A stretch of DNA of 64,000 nucleotides from assembly GCA_963731705.1 (NCBI GenBank), contig CAVSWQ010000045.1:981-64980 (forward strand), written 5' to 3'. The DNA comes from an uncultured Acidobacteriota bacterium (GTDB lineage: Bacteria > Acidobacteriota > Terriglobia > UBA7540). The first letter of the stretch is position 1; each line of letters starts with the position of its first letter. The translations under genes and the position numbers were made by a program. The notes beneath the pieces are model-generated. The model did not search any database and was not told where the DNA came from. It saw only the letters and a list, made by a program, of their open reading frames with translations. Positions 20,125 through 31,587 of the stretch are shown here, piece after piece.

Positions 20125-20772
20125 ATGATAAAGGAAATGGTCAAGGGTGTCGCAGAACACTACCTCTTCTACCGCGACGCGGAGCGGACGTTCTTCGAGC
20201 CGGAGGAGTTTCCCTGGGTAGCCAAGGTTGAAGCAGAATGGAAGATGATTCGTAAGGAACTTGACGAACTGATGCTTCGCAGGGACGAGATCCCGAATTT
20301 CCAGGATTACTCCCCTACCCAGAGGAGCATCACTCAGGACGACCGATGGAAGACCTTCTTCCTCTATCGGTTTGGCCACGTTGAAAAGGGGAACCTGGCA
20401 CGCTGCCCCGAGACCGTGCGCATCCTGAAAAAGATTCCGGGCATGAACACCGCCATGTTTTCCATCCTGGCGCCTGGAAAATACATTCCCCCGCACCGCG
20501 GCGCCTACAAAGGCGTGTTGCGCTACCACTTGGGATTACTGGTTCCCAAGCCGGAACACAGTTGCAGGATTCGAGTGGAAAATGACATCCGGCACTGGCA
20601 GGAAGGAAAAAGCCTGATCTTTGACGACAGCCACGAACATGAGGTCTGGAACGATTCCGATGCCTACCGCGTGGTACTCTTCGTCAATTTCACCCGTCCA
20701 ACCGTCTTTCCCTTGTCTCTTTTCAACCGGCTGCTCATCTGGATCCGCTGCCGGAGGAAGAAGGTGACTTAG
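20125..20772 (+). CDS. aspartyl/asparaginyl beta-hydroxylase family (2OG-Fe(II) oxygenase) protein
   Basis: ATG at 20125 lies downstream of GGAGAAGGG. Contains the PPHRGAYKGVLRYHLGLLVP and FDDSHEHEVWN motifs. Confidence 0.8.
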   Translation: MIKEMVKGVAEHYLFYRDAERTFFEPEEFPWVAKVEAEWKMIRKELDELMLRRDEIPNFQDYSPTQRSITQDDRWKTFFLYRFGHVEKGNLARCPETVRILKKIPGMNTAMFSILAPGKYIPPHRGAYKGVLRYHLGLLVPKPEHSCRIRVENDIRHWQEGKSLIFDDSHEHEVWNDSDAYRVVLFVNFTRPTVFPLSLFNRLLIWIRCRRKKVT

Positions 20773-20910
20773 ACAACCCCCGGGAATGAAGACATCGTAC
20801 CTTTCGCGATGAGTGCGGACCTCACAAAGGGGCACGGATTCACCCGTGGCGAAAACGGTCGCACGCGCACGGCACTTCAGTTGCTGACGGAGGCCGCGCC
20901 GCGCCCCCCT

Positions 20911-20951
20911 GACCAATCTGAAATCGTAAATCTACAATTCCAAATCCTGAG
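20911..20951. repeat. divergent copy of the type-1 intergenic repeat
   Basis: The sequence caatctgaaatcgtaaatctacaattccaaatcctgag shares its ends (caat.ctg ... caaatcctg) and its AT-rich periodicity with the copies at 21392 and 23810. Confidence 0.35.
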
Positions 20952-20972
20952 CAGGGTGCTCCAGCCGCGCAT

Positions 20973-21272
20973 TTATGCGGACCGGTAGAGCCTCGCCCAG
21001 AGCAGCCAGACAGCCAGATTGGTCACCACCGCCACCACGATTCCCACCAGGGACAGCGAACCCATGCTGAGGCCGCTTTGGGAAAGAAGCTTGTGGATAA
21101 CAATCACTTCCACCATGCTACCGGGCAGCAGCAGTAGGTTCCCTGAAACCAGCAGGCCCACCCCGATTCCGGAGAGGAGAGGGCTGGGACCCGGAGCGTA
21201 ATATGACCCCGCCCAAAAAATGATCCCGGCCCCTTGCACACTCAGAAAAATCATCCACGCTTTGCGGCTCAC
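20973..21272 (-). CDS. small hypothetical membrane protein (3 TM)
   Basis: 99 aa. A GTG start is preceded by GGAGG 6 nt upstream. The product has hydrophobic helices and no recognised family. Confidence 0.5.
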   Translation of the reverse strand: MSRKAWMIFLSVQGAGIIFWAGSYYAPGPSPLLSGIGVGLLVSGNLLLLPGSMVEVIVIHKLLSQSGLSMGSLSLVGIVVAVVTNLAVWLLWARLYRSA

Positions 21273-21391
21273 TCATGACCTCCGGACGTTTGCGGACGCT
21301 TTCTCAGCCAGGCCACGCCTCGACCGGACCAGCAAAGATGCCGCCCGCAACAAGCGGCTTCAGACGCTGAAGGATTTTGTGCCGCCGGACC

Positions 21392-21428
21392 TGTCAATTC
21401 TGCAATTTCAAGTCTGAGATTTCAAATG
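21392..21428. repeat. type-1 intergenic repeat (tgtcaattctgcaatttcaaNNctgagatttcaaat)
   Basis: Nearly identical, apart from 3 substitutions, to 23811-23847. Confidence 0.8.
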
Positions 21429-21568
21429 CCAAAGGGCCGACCCGCATCGGCCGGCTCTTCACGTGCCTCTTGCCAGCCCTGCCGTTCTGTGCTTATGATG
21501 GCCTCAAACCCCAAGGGAAAGTTTTAAAAGCAGCCGACAGCGGTCACTACCGCATGCAGGGAGGAACG

Positions 21569-22375
21569 ATGAAAGGCAGATCTCTGATTCTGAATCTGGT
21601 CCTCGTGCTTCTTTTTTGCGCACCTATCCTTTCAGCGCAGGACTGGGCGCGGGCAAAGGTGGACCAATCACCCCGGCACGGCGAGTGGGTGACCATCAAG
21701 CACGATGGCCGCAGCGTGCAAACGTTCGTGGTCTATCCCCAGGTCAGCGACAAGCGCCCCGTGGTGCTGATTATTCATGAAATCTTCGGCATGACGGACT
21801 GGGTGCAGGACCTTGCCGACCAGATGGCCGCGGCCGGTTACATTGCCGTGGCTCCCGACCTGCTTTCCGGCATGGCTCCGAATGGCGGCGGAAGTTCCGA
21901 CTTCGCCCAGGGTAAGGCCGTCAAGGCGGTCAGCATGCTCAATCCTGAACAGATCACCCGCGACCTCAACGCCGTTGCCGACTACGCGCTCAAAATTCCT
22001 TCCGCCAACGGCAAGCTCTACGTGGCGGGGTTCTGCTGGGGCGGCAGCCAAAGCTTCCGTTTTGCCACCAACCGCTCCGATCTCTCCGCCGCTTTTGTCT
22101 TCTACGGAACGCCACCTTCGGCCGACGCCATGGCGCGCATCAACGCTCCGGTCTACGGATTCTATGGCGGCAATGACGAACGTGTCGGAGCCACCATTCC
22201 CACCGCTCGCAAGGAAATGAAGGCCGCGGGAAAAGTCTACGAACCCGTGACATACGAGGGCGCCGGCCACGGCTTTATGCGCGCCGGCGAAGCGCCGGAC
22301 GCCACCCCGGGCAACAAGAAAGCTCGTGACGAAGCGTGGGCACGCTGGAAAAGCATCCTCGCGCACGGGCATTAA
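21569..22375 (+). CDS. dienelactone hydrolase family protein (secreted)
   Basis: ATG at 21569 follows GGGAGGA. The product has a signal peptide (MKGRSLILNLVLVLLFCAPILSAQD), the sequence VVLIIHEIFG and the nucleophile motif GFCWGG. Confidence 0.85.
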   Translation: MKGRSLILNLVLVLLFCAPILSAQDWARAKVDQSPRHGEWVTIKHDGRSVQTFVVYPQVSDKRPVVLIIHEIFGMTDWVQDLADQMAAAGYIAVAPDLLSGMAPNGGGSSDFAQGKAVKAVSMLNPEQITRDLNAVADYALKIPSANGKLYVAGFCWGGSQSFRFATNRSDLSAAFVFYGTPPSADAMARINAPVYGFYGGNDERVGATIPTARKEMKAAGKVYEPVTYEGAGHGFMRAGEAPDATPGNKKARDEAWARWKSILAHGH

Positions 22376-22436
22376 GCTGGCGGATTGTGGGCGGCTCCCC
22401 GAACAATCGGGTCGATCTCGCGAGGCCTCATGCGTT

Positions 22437-22483
22437 GTAGCGGCGAGTTTATCTCGCCACGTGGCGGCGTAAAGCCGCCGCTA
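22437..22483. repeat. type-2 palindromic intergenic repeat
   Basis: The sequence gtagcggcgagtttatctcgccacgtggcggcgtaaagccgccgctac contains nested inverted repeats: ggcgag/ctcgcc, the palindrome cgccacgtggcg, ggcggc/gccgcc, and outer arms gtagcggcg/cgccgctac. A second copy lies at 23873-23946. Confidence 0.8.
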
Positions 22484-22556
22484 CCTCACGCAAACCCGCA
22501 TTGGGACAAGAATGCCTTAACGGCCGAGGCGCCTCTTCGCACGGGCCACGCGAAGC

Positions 22557-23738
22557 CTACTTCAAAACAGTGCCAACGATGGAGCCCAGGGGAATTCCCA
22601 CGGGTGCAATCGGCGTTGGTCCATAGCCAAGCCGAACCACCACCAGGTCAAGAGACGGCACCACGTAGCAACGGTTGGTGGCATATCCCATGAAGGCAAA
22701 CGCGTCATTGGGAACGCCCGGCCACAGTTTTCCGTCCGTATTCACCCAGAACGTATATCCGTAACTGGGATTCAGGCTCTGCGAACTTTTTGTCGCCAGC
22801 TCAATCCACCATTTGGGCACAAGCTGTTTGCCCTTCCAGTTTCCATCGCGCAGCAGCAGGTAGCCAAGCCGCGCGAAGTCGCGAGCGGTAAGGTGCAGGC
22901 CGCTGTGCGGGTTGGTGTGCGGGCCGATGTTTCCTCCGCCGCCCTCCAGGTCCCAAGTGGAGTTCTCAATGCCGATGGGCCGGAAAACGCGCGCCTTCAT
23001 AAAGTCGCCGATCTCCTGGCCTGTGACACGGTTGAAAATCAGGGACAGATGGGCAAAGGCAGCATCGGAATAGTCCCAGCCCGTGCCGGGGTCTGCATAG
23101 AGCTTTGCCGCCGAGGCCCCCAGGCGGTCGCGTTGTCTGCCCAGCGCAATTTCGATCTCTCCGCCGCCCGGCGTCACCTGCAGTCCCACCAGCCCGTGGT
23201 CCTCGCCCGGAATGCCGGAAGTCATGGTCAGCAACTGGCGGATGGTGATCTGCGCCTTCCGGGCATCCGTCAGCGGATGGCCTTCCGGGATAAGGTCATA
23301 AGCCTTGCTGTCGAGGCTGATTCGCACATCGTGGGGCAGCCGGTGGTGGCGGCTCGCGTCAAGCAGCAATCCGTAGGCAATCCCCGTGGCGGACTTGGTG
23401 CTGCTCCACACATCGTAAGTGGTCTGGGGCATGGCAGGCACGCCAAACCATTCGCGCACGAGATATCCGTGGCGGATCACCACCAACGCCCACGGGCCTC
23501 CATAGAGCGCGGTGGTTACGCGGCCCACCTGGTCCAGCTCCTGCGGGTCCATGCCCGCCAGCTTGCGCACTTGCTCGTCGGTTTTGCAGCGCCGCCAGCC
23601 GCCTGCCGACTCGGACGGCGGATAGTAAATTCCGGCCGTCGCGGCCTGATTTGCGGGCGGCCCTCCCGCCATAGCACGTGGCCCTCCGCCGGCGAACACC
23701 AGAAAAAGAATCGCGGAAATGGAAATGATATATCTCAT
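22557..23738 (-). CDS. serine hydrolase, beta-lactamase/transpeptidase-like family (secreted)
   Basis: Start at MRYIISISAILFLVFAGG. Contains the SxxK motif WSSTKSATG. 393 aa. Confidence 0.8.
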   Translation of the reverse strand: MRYIISISAILFLVFAGGGPRAMAGGPPANQAATAGIYYPPSESAGGWRRCKTDEQVRKLAGMDPQELDQVGRVTTALYGGPWALVVIRHGYLVREWFGVPAMPQTTYDVWSSTKSATGIAYGLLLDASRHHRLPHDVRISLDSKAYDLIPEGHPLTDARKAQITIRQLLTMTSGIPGEDHGLVGLQVTPGGGEIEIALGRQRDRLGASAAKLYADPGTGWDYSDAAFAHLSLIFNRVTGQEIGDFMKARVFRPIGIENSTWDLEGGGGNIGPHTNPHSGLHLTARDFARLGYLLLRDGNWKGKQLVPKWWIELATKSSQSLNPSYGYTFWVNTDGKLWPGVPNDAFAFMGYATNRCYVVPSLDLVVVRLGYGPTPIAPVGIPLGSIVGTVLK

Positions 23739-23809
23739 CAGGTACGTTCCCCTCTGTCCGGTTTTTTGGACGCACCGCGAGCAACGCAAAGCATACTACG
23801 CCCGCGGCC

Positions 23810-23850
23810 TTGTCAATTCTGCAATTTCAAACCTGAGATTTCAAATCCTG
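23810..23850. repeat. type-1 intergenic repeat, second copy
   Basis: The sequence is ttgtcaattctgcaatttcaaacctgagatttcaaatcctg. Confidence 0.8.
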
Positions 23851-23872
23851 CGGAGGGGCGCATCAGCCCCAT

Positions 23873-23946
23873 GGCGGCAAGTTTATCTCGCCCCGTACCA
23901 TCTGGGGCCGGGTCTAGCCACGTGGCGGCGTAATGCCGCCGCCACG
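23873..23946. repeat. type-2 palindromic repeat, second copy with a 29-nt internal insertion
   Basis: The sequence ggcggcaagtttatctcgcc[ccgtaccatctggggccgggtctag]ccacgtggcggcgtaatgccgccgccac shares both halves with 22437-22483. Confidence 0.75.
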
Positions 23947-23979
23947 CCACGAAAACTCTCAGGGGCTGAAGAGAAAACC

Positions 23980-25554
23980 TTACCGCCCGGTCTTGGCGGC
24001 TGCGGGCTCTTTGTAATCGGCGTCGCGCAGGTCGTGGCCGGTCATTTCAGCAGGCAGAGAAATGCCCAGAATGGCGAGCAGGGTGGGAGAGATGTCGGCC
24101 AGCGCTCCGCCTTCGCGAAGTTTCTGTGGGACCTCTTCGGCAATCATGATGAGCGGAACGGGGTTGGTGGTATGGGCCGTGTGCGGGCCGCCGGTGGCGG
24201 GATCCACCATCAGCTCGGCGTTGCCGTGGTCCGCTGTGATGATCATGGCCCCGCCCTTGGCGCGGACAGCCTTGTAAATCTCGCCCAGGCAGACGTCAAC
24301 GGTTTCCACCGCCTTGACGGCGGCTTCAAGCTTGCCGCTGTGGCCCACCATGTCGGCGTTGGCGAAGTTGACGATGATGACCTCGCGGCTGCCTTCGTTG
24401 ACGGCCTTGATCACGGTTTCCATCACGCCGCGGGCGCTCATTTCGGGTTGCAAGTCGTAGGTGGCCACTTTGGGCGACGGCACCATGATGCGGTCTTCGC
24501 CCGGATAGGCTTTTTCCACGCCGCCGTTGAAGAAGTAAGTGACGTGCGCGTACTTTTCCGTTTCCGCCACGCGCAGGTTTTTCAACTGCGCTTCCGCCAT
24601 CACGGCGGCCAGGATGTGAGTGAGCGTTTGCGGCGAGAAGACGTGCGGATTGGTGAACGTCTTGTCGTAGCGGGTCATCGAGAGGTAGTGCAGCTTCTCC
24701 GGATTGTTACGGCGCTCGAAGCCATCAAAGTCAGGGAAAGTAAGGGCGCGAGTCATCTGCCGGGCGCGGTCGGCGCGAAAGTTGAAGAACATCACCGCGT
24801 CGTCGCTGCGAATGGTGGCCGTGGGCTGGCCCTCGGAATCCGTGACCACGATGGGAACCACAAACTCGTCGGTGACGTCCTGGTTGTAAGAGTTCTTGAT
24901 GGCCGCGACGGGGTCATCGGACTTCACGCCCTCGCCGTTCACAATCGCATCATAAGCCAGCTGCGTGCGCTGCCAGCGGTTGTCGCGGTCCATGGCGTAG
25001 TAACGTCCTGAGACCGAAGCGATGCGGCCCACGTTGTATTCGCGCATCTTCTGTTGAAGAGCTTCGACGTACTTGACGCCGTTGGTGGGCGCGGTGTCGC
25101 GGCCGTCGAGGAACACGTGGACGAAAACTTCGTTGACGTGGTTTTCGCGCGCCATCTTCAGCAGCGAGTAAAGGTGCCGCTGGTGGGAATGCACGCCGCC
25201 GTCGCTGAGCAGGCCCATAAAGTGCAGCCGCGTCTTGCGCCCCGCTTCCATCAGCTGCAGCAGTTCGGGCTTTTTGAAGAATTCGCCGCTCTCGATGGAG
25301 GCGTCAATGCGGCTGATTTCCTGGTAGACAACGCGCCCGGCGCCGATGTTCAGATGGCCCACTTCAGAATTGCCCATCAGGCCATTGGGAAGGCCGACGC
25401 GCCTGCCGGAAGTGTGCACCAGCGTCGAGGGATATTCTTTCAGCAGCGCATCGTAGTTGGGCGTTTGAGCCAGCGCGATGGCATTATTCTCGCGTTCGGC
25501 ACGATACCCCCAGCCATCCAGAATGATGAGTACAACGGGTTTTGGTATTTTCAT
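23980..25554 (-). CDS. gpmI: 2,3-bisphosphoglycerate-independent phosphoglycerate mutase
   Basis: 524 aa. Contains [25 protein letters not shown] and ITADHGNAE motifs. Confidence 0.95.
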   Translation of the reverse strand: MKIPKPVVLIILDGWGYRAERENNAIALAQTPNYDALLKEYPSTLVHTSGRRVGLPNGLMGNSEVGHLNIGAGRVVYQEISRIDASIESGEFFKKPELLQLMEAGRKTRLHFMGLLSDGGVHSHQRHLYSLLKMARENHVNEVFVHVFLDGRDTAPTNGVKYVEALQQKMREYNVGRIASVSGRYYAMDRDNRWQRTQLAYDAIVNGEGVKSDDPVAAIKNSYNQDVTDEFVVPIVVTDSEGQPTATIRSDDAVMFFNFRADRARQMTRALTFPDFDGFERRNNPEKLHYLSMTRYDKTFTNPHVFSPQTLTHILAAVMAEAQLKNLRVAETEKYAHVTYFFNGGVEKAYPGEDRIMVPSPKVATYDLQPEMSARGVMETVIKAVNEGSREVIIVNFANADMVGHSGKLEAAVKAVETVDVCLGEIYKAVRAKGGAMIITADHGNAELMVDPATGGPHTAHTTNPVPLIMIAEEVPQKLREGGALADISPTLLAILGISLPAEMTGHDLRDADYKEPAAAKTGR

Positions 25555-25654
25555 AGATCTCTTTTAAATATGGTCGGGGGCAGAGGTCAGAGATTAGCGT
25601 TTAAGGCTTAACTTACATCCACCTTCCCTAATCCCTGGCCTATCGTCCCTGCTG

Positions 25655-26938
<1,284 letters not shown>

Positions 26939-27080
26939 TCAGGTCTCTCCTTTAATGAATATCAAAACTCTTCATTGTAACATAGTCATTTAGGAATAAT
27001 GTGGTCATCCACAACCAGGGGCGAGCGTTTAATCCTTGTCTCGGGGTGCTGAATGGCGGAATAATGTCCGGCGGACCCGC

Positions 27081-30035
27081 ATGTATAACCTCAACCCTGA
27101 ACAACGGAAGGCAGTGGAACACGGCGAAGGACCGCTGCTGGTGATTGCCGGTCCTGGCAGCGGGAAAACGCGCGTCATTACCCAGCGGATTGTTCACCTG
27201 CTTGAAAACGCGTCTGGGCTCCGGGCGGAAAACATCCTGGCACTGACGTTCACCGAAAAGGCAGCGGCAGAAATGAAGAGCCGCGTGACGAAAGAGCTGC
27301 CCGGCCTCGACACCAGCCCCCACATTTCCACTTTTCACTCGTTCTGCTATGGCGTCCTGCTCAAGCGTCATTTTGAGCGGGAGCTGCTCGACAAAGTCGA
27401 TATATGGATCTTCCTCCGCCGAAGGATGGAACAGCTTGGCCTGGAGTATTACCAGAAGCTCGCCGCGCCCGGCGCTTTTCTCCACGACCTGAACAACTTT
27501 TTCTCGCAGTGCCAGGATGAGCTTGTTGGGCCGGAAGAATTTGAGGCGTATGTCCGCAAGCGCGAGAGTGAATTGCAGGCGCGCGCGGCATCACTCGACC
27601 CGGCCGAACGGCTGCTGCAGGAGGGGGAGCTTCGCAAACAGCAGGAGCTTGCGCGCGTGTTTCGCACCAGCCTGCGCCTGATTGAGGAGGCCGGTTATTC
27701 GAGCCTGGGCACCCTGATCAGCGAAGTGGTTCATCTCTGGGACCGCGAACCGGAAACGCTGGAAGAATACCACCGGCAGTTCCGCTACATCCTGGTAGAT
27801 GAATTCCAGGACAGCAACTACGGACAGGTGCAACTGCTGAAGCGCCTGGTTGCGCCACCCTTCAACATCACCGCGGTGGGTGATCCGGACCAGGCCATCT
27901 ATCGTTTCCGTGGCGCCGCGCACGGCACTTTCGACATGTTCAAGGAAGTGTTTCCCGCACCCGAGGAGGTATATCTTAACCGTAATTACCGCTCCACCCG
28001 AAGAATCCTGCGGACTTCAGATGTGGTGATCGCCCGGAACGAGCGTGATGGCAAGAAGCCGCCGCTGGTCACGGAAAATCCCGAAGGCGCCAACGTTTTC
28101 CTGCTCTCTTCGCCCGACTACACTGTGGAGGCTGATGGTGTTGCCGGTCTGGTACAGGACCTCATTCGGGGAAAACGAGCTATCACAGAAATTGCGATAC
28201 TCTATCGTGCACACAGCCATCGAGATCTTCTGGTGCGCGAATTCCGCCGACGGAAAATTCCCTTTGTCATCCGAGGACTCTCGCTTCTCTCCACAACCAT
28301 CATTCGCGACCTGCTGGCTTATTTGCGCCTGGTCCATTCTCCCCATGACAACATCAGCCTCACGCGAGTGCTCCTTGTGCGCCGTTGGAAGTTTCCGGAA
28401 CGGCTGGCGCTGGACCTGCGCAGGCAGGCCGCACGGGGCCGCTACTCGATTTACGACGCCATCCGGCAAACTGAGCAATCGCTCTTCAAAGCTGACCTTC
28501 AGAGCACGCGCTGGCAGGAACTGAAATCCATTCTCGTTGAACTCAGAAAGAAATCAGAGCACGTCTCGGTGACCGCCCTTCTGGACCGGATGACCGAGCT
28601 CCTTGAACTGAAGTTTGTTCCCGGCAGCAGCGATGCAGCCTGCCTGGAAGCCTTCAAGAAATTCCTGGAGAAGTGGGAGGAAAAGAGCGAGACTCGCAAG
28701 CTGCCGGAGTTCATGGAGTACTTCGGCTACTTTCTGGAAGCCGGCGGGAAAATAGAAGTGCCGGAACCGCCAGGCCCGGTGAACGCCGTGCAGATGATGA
28801 GCGTCCACTCGTCAAAGGGCCTCGAATTTCCCGTCGTCTTCATTCTGAGTGTTGCCTCGCGGCGCTTTCCTCATGGCGAAAAGAGACCGGTCATCGAATT
28901 TCCCGACGAGCTTCGCAAGGGACCCGTGCCACCGGTCAACCTCCATCTTGAAGAAGAGCGCCGGCTGTTTTACGTGGCGATGACGCGTGCGCAGGAACAG
29001 CTCTACGTTTCGAGCGTCGGCAGGAAGGGGAGAAAGGCATCCGTCTTCATCGACGATCTTCTTTCCGACACGGTGGTGGAAGGAAGAGACATCGCAAAGG
29101 TCGAGTTTGAAGAAGCAACAGAAATGAATGAAGCATCTGAAAGGACCGAACCATCGAAGCCACCCTCAAAGAAGACTGTCCGCAGCAATCATCCTTCGCA
29201 GCAGACTCTTTTCGGAGAGCCTGCTCCCGCGCCCGATACGGTCCGGCCACCGCTGGCGGAATGGGCACAAGCAGTTCCCACCACACCGTCCGACGGAAAA
29301 CTTCGTCTCAGCGCAACGGCCATTGAGACCTATCTAGACTGTCCGCTGAAATTCAAATTCAGCCACCTCTACCGGATTCCAACGGGTCCGCAGGCCGCCC
29401 TGACGTTTGGCAACATCATGCACCAGTCGGTGCGCCATTATTTCAATCTGCGCAAAGAGGGGAAAGTCGCCTTTGACGATTTGAGCCAGTTTTACCTCGG
29501 CTCCTGGAAAAACGTGGGCTTTGAGGATTCCTACCAGGAAGAGACATACCAGAAATCCGGCCTTAGCCAACTGCGTGAATTTGCGGATCGCCACAACGCG
29601 ATGCCGATTTCCGCAGACGGCGTGCGAATGGAAGTCCACTTTGAACTCGACATGCAGGACGTGGTGCTCGAAGGCCGCATCGACCAAATCAATCCCGTCA
29701 AGCCTCGCGAGCCGAAGCTGGTGCAACTGGTGGATTACAAAACCGGCCGGCCCCGAACACAGAAAGACGCGGACAAGAGCCTGCAGCTTTCCGTCTATGC
29801 TCTTGCCGCGCGCAACCAGATGGGGCTTGAACCTGAAGGACTGATTTTCTACAACCTCACAAACAATCAGCCGGTGGCGAGCGTAAGGACGCAAAAGGAA
29901 CTGGACGCAGTCCAGCAAAAAATCCTGGGAGTGGCAGAAGAAATCCGCCGGATGATTTTTCCAGCCAAACCAGGTTTTGCGTGCAGGTATTGCGAATTTG
30001 TTCCGGTCTGCCCTGCGCATGAAGAAGATTTTTGA
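27081..30035 (+). CDS. UvrD/PcrA-type superfamily-1 helicase fused to a C-terminal PD-(D/E)XK (Cas4/AddB-like) nuclease with a 4-Cys cluster
   Basis: Start at MYNLNPEQRKAV. Carries helicase motifs AGPGSGKT, VDEFQDSN and the MSVHSSKGLEF-type motif. The C-terminal domain has YLDCPLKF...VDYKTG...CRYCEFVPVC, giving the pattern C-Xn-C-X2-C-X5-C. Confidence 0.85.
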   Translation: MYNLNPEQRKAVEHGEGPLLVIAGPGSGKTRVITQRIVHLLENASGLRAENILALTFTEKAAAEMKSRVTKELPGLDTSPHISTFHSFCYGVLLKRHFERELLDKVDIWIFLRRRMEQLGLEYYQKLAAPGAFLHDLNNFFSQCQDELVGPEEFEAYVRKRESELQARAASLDPAERLLQEGELRKQQELARVFRTSLRLIEEAGYSSLGTLISEVVHLWDREPETLEEYHRQFRYILVDEFQDSNYGQVQLLKRLVAPPFNITAVGDPDQAIYRFRGAAHGTFDMFKEVFPAPEEVYLNRNYRSTRRILRTSDVVIARNERDGKKPPLVTENPEGANVFLLSSPDYTVEADGVAGLVQDLIRGKRAITEIAILYRAHSHRDLLVREFRRRKIPFVIRGLSLLSTTIIRDLLAYLRLVHSPHDNISLTRVLLVRRWKFPERLALDLRRQAARGRYSIYDAIRQTEQSLFKADLQSTRWQELKSILVELRKKSEHVSVTALLDRMTELLELKFVPGSSDAACLEAFKKFLEKWEEKSETRKLPEFMEYFGYFLEAGGKIEVPEPPGPVNAVQMMSVHSSKGLEFPVVFILSVASRRFPHGEKRPVIEFPDELRKGPVPPVNLHLEEERRLFYVAMTRAQEQLYVSSVGRKGRKASVFIDDLLSDTVVEGRDIAKVEFEEATEMNEASERTEPSKPPSKKTVRSNHPSQQTLFGEPAPAPDTVRPPLAEWAQAVPTTPSDGKLRLSATAIETYLDCPLKFKFSHLYRIPTGPQAALTFGNIMHQSVRHYFNLRKEGKVAFDDLSQFYLGSWKNVGFEDSYQEETYQKSGLSQLREFADRHNAMPISADGVRMEVHFELDMQDVVLEGRIDQINPVKPREPKLVQLVDYKTGRPRTQKDADKSLQLSVYALAARNQMGLEPEGLIFYNLTNNQPVASVRTQKELDAVQQKILGVAEEIRRMIFPAKPGFACRYCEFVPVCPAHEEDF

Positions 30036-30078
30036 TCCGCGTTGCTTCTAAGATGTCGATGAAGAGCTGGGAGAAATC

Positions 30079-31470
30079 ATGAACCCATGGATCCTGTTCA
30101 TAGTCGGAATTACAGTTGGGGGAGTGGTCGGATGGCTATTGGCCGGACTCCGCCGGAACTCCTCTCTTTCTGCGTTGCGAGTCGAAACCGAAGGGAAAAC
30201 GAGGGCTGCGGAAAGCCTGGTCGGCGAACTTCGCTCTCAGGTTGTGGACCTCCAGACAAAATTAGCCTCGGGCGAACAACAGACCAGGAACGAAGGTAAC
30301 CTTCGAGTGGCGGCGGAAACTCGCCTGACGGAAACGCAGGCAAACCTGGAAGACCAGAAGCGAATGCTTGAAGAAGCGCGCGAGAAACTGGCAGACGTGT
30401 TTCAGGCTCTTTCCGCACAAGCACTGAAAAGCAACAACCAGGCATTCATCGAACTGGCCCGCAGCACGTTTGAAACCATCCAGGCCCAGGCGAAGGGTGA
30501 ACTCGAAACGCGTGAACAGGCCATCAAGGGACTGGTCAGCCCGCTGACTGAAACCCTGAAACGCTACGAAGTGCAAATCCAGGAGATGGAGAAGACCCGG
30601 CAAAACGCGTATGGATCGCTGGAGGAACAACTACGCAATCTGGCGATGGTGAACCAGCAGTTGCAGAAAGAAACGGGAACCCTGGCGAACACTTTGAAGG
30701 GCGGACCGGCAGTACGAGGTCGCTGGGGAGAAATGACACTGCGGCGCGTTGCGGAACTGGCGGGCATGTCGAAGCATTGCGATTTCACCGAGCAGGAAAA
30801 TTTTGAATCCGCCACAGGCCGCCAGCGTCCGGACATGATTGTCCACCTGCCCAACGGCCGCGGGATCGCTGTGGATGCAAAAGCGCCGCTCCAGGCTTTT
30901 CTGGATGCGGCGGCGGCGACAACCGAAGACGAACGCAGAGAAAAACTCTCCCGGCACGCGCAGCTTGTGCGTGACCGGATGAAGGAACTCTCAGCCAAGG
31001 CATACTGGGATCAGTTTGATCCCGCGCCTGAAATTGTCGTGCTCTTTCTGCCAGGGGAATCATTTTTCAGCGCCGCGCTCGAACAGGACCGCACGCTGTT
31101 GGAAGACGGAATGCAGAAGCACGTGGTGATCGCGACGCCTACCACACTGATTGCTCTGCTGCGGGCCGTGGCATTCGGGTGGCGACAGGAACAGGTTGCA
31201 CAAAACGCGCGGGAGATCAGCGCACTTGGAAAAGATCTCTACGACCGGGTGCGAACCTTTCTGGGACACTTCGAAGGGGTTGGCTCCTCTTTGAAACGGG
31301 CGACGGACAACTACAACCGCGCGGTCGGATCACTCGAATCGCGCGTTCTGCCTTCTGTGCGCAAATTCAAGGAACTCGGCGCGGCCACGGGCGAGGACAT
31401 TGCGGAACTTGAACCGGTTGATGAAACGACGCGGGAACTCAATGCGCCGGAAGATTATCCGTCGGAATAA
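30079..31470 (+). CDS. rmuC: DNA recombination protein RmuC
   Basis: 463 aa. Has an N-terminal TM helix, a long coiled coil and a C-terminal RmuC nuclease-like domain (PDMIVHLPNGRGIAVDAKAP). Confidence 0.88.
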   Translation: MNPWILFIVGITVGGVVGWLLAGLRRNSSLSALRVETEGKTRAAESLVGELRSQVVDLQTKLASGEQQTRNEGNLRVAAETRLTETQANLEDQKRMLEEAREKLADVFQALSAQALKSNNQAFIELARSTFETIQAQAKGELETREQAIKGLVSPLTETLKRYEVQIQEMEKTRQNAYGSLEEQLRNLAMVNQQLQKETGTLANTLKGGPAVRGRWGEMTLRRVAELAGMSKHCDFTEQENFESATGRQRPDMIVHLPNGRGIAVDAKAPLQAFLDAAAATTEDERREKLSRHAQLVRDRMKELSAKAYWDQFDPAPEIVVLFLPGESFFSAALEQDRTLLEDGMQKHVVIATPTTLIALLRAVAFGWRQEQVAQNAREISALGKDLYDRVRTFLGHFEGVGSSLKRATDNYNRAVGSLESRVLPSVRKFKELGAATGEDIAELEPVDETTRELNAPEDYPSE

Positions 31471-31521
31471 ATCTTGATTTGAAACAGGAACGGGAAAGTT
31501 GTTGGGCGCGGGAAAAGGCAA

Positions 31522-31559
31522 CATAAAAAAGTTCGGGGATGCATCACTGCATCCCCGAA
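31522..31559 (-). terminator. rho-independent terminator (possibly bidirectional, also downstream of rmuC)
   Basis: The minus strand forms a perfect 13-bp stem, GTTCGGGGATGCA-GTGA-TGCATCCCCGAAC, followed by TTTTTTAT. Confidence 0.85.
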
Positions 31560-31587
31560 CCTTCTCTTTCAATCTGCCTGAAGAGTG

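Noticed and set aside
23719-25011. 430-aa plus-strand ORF overlapping gpmI
   Set aside because: It is antisense to gpmI, whose identity is unambiguous.
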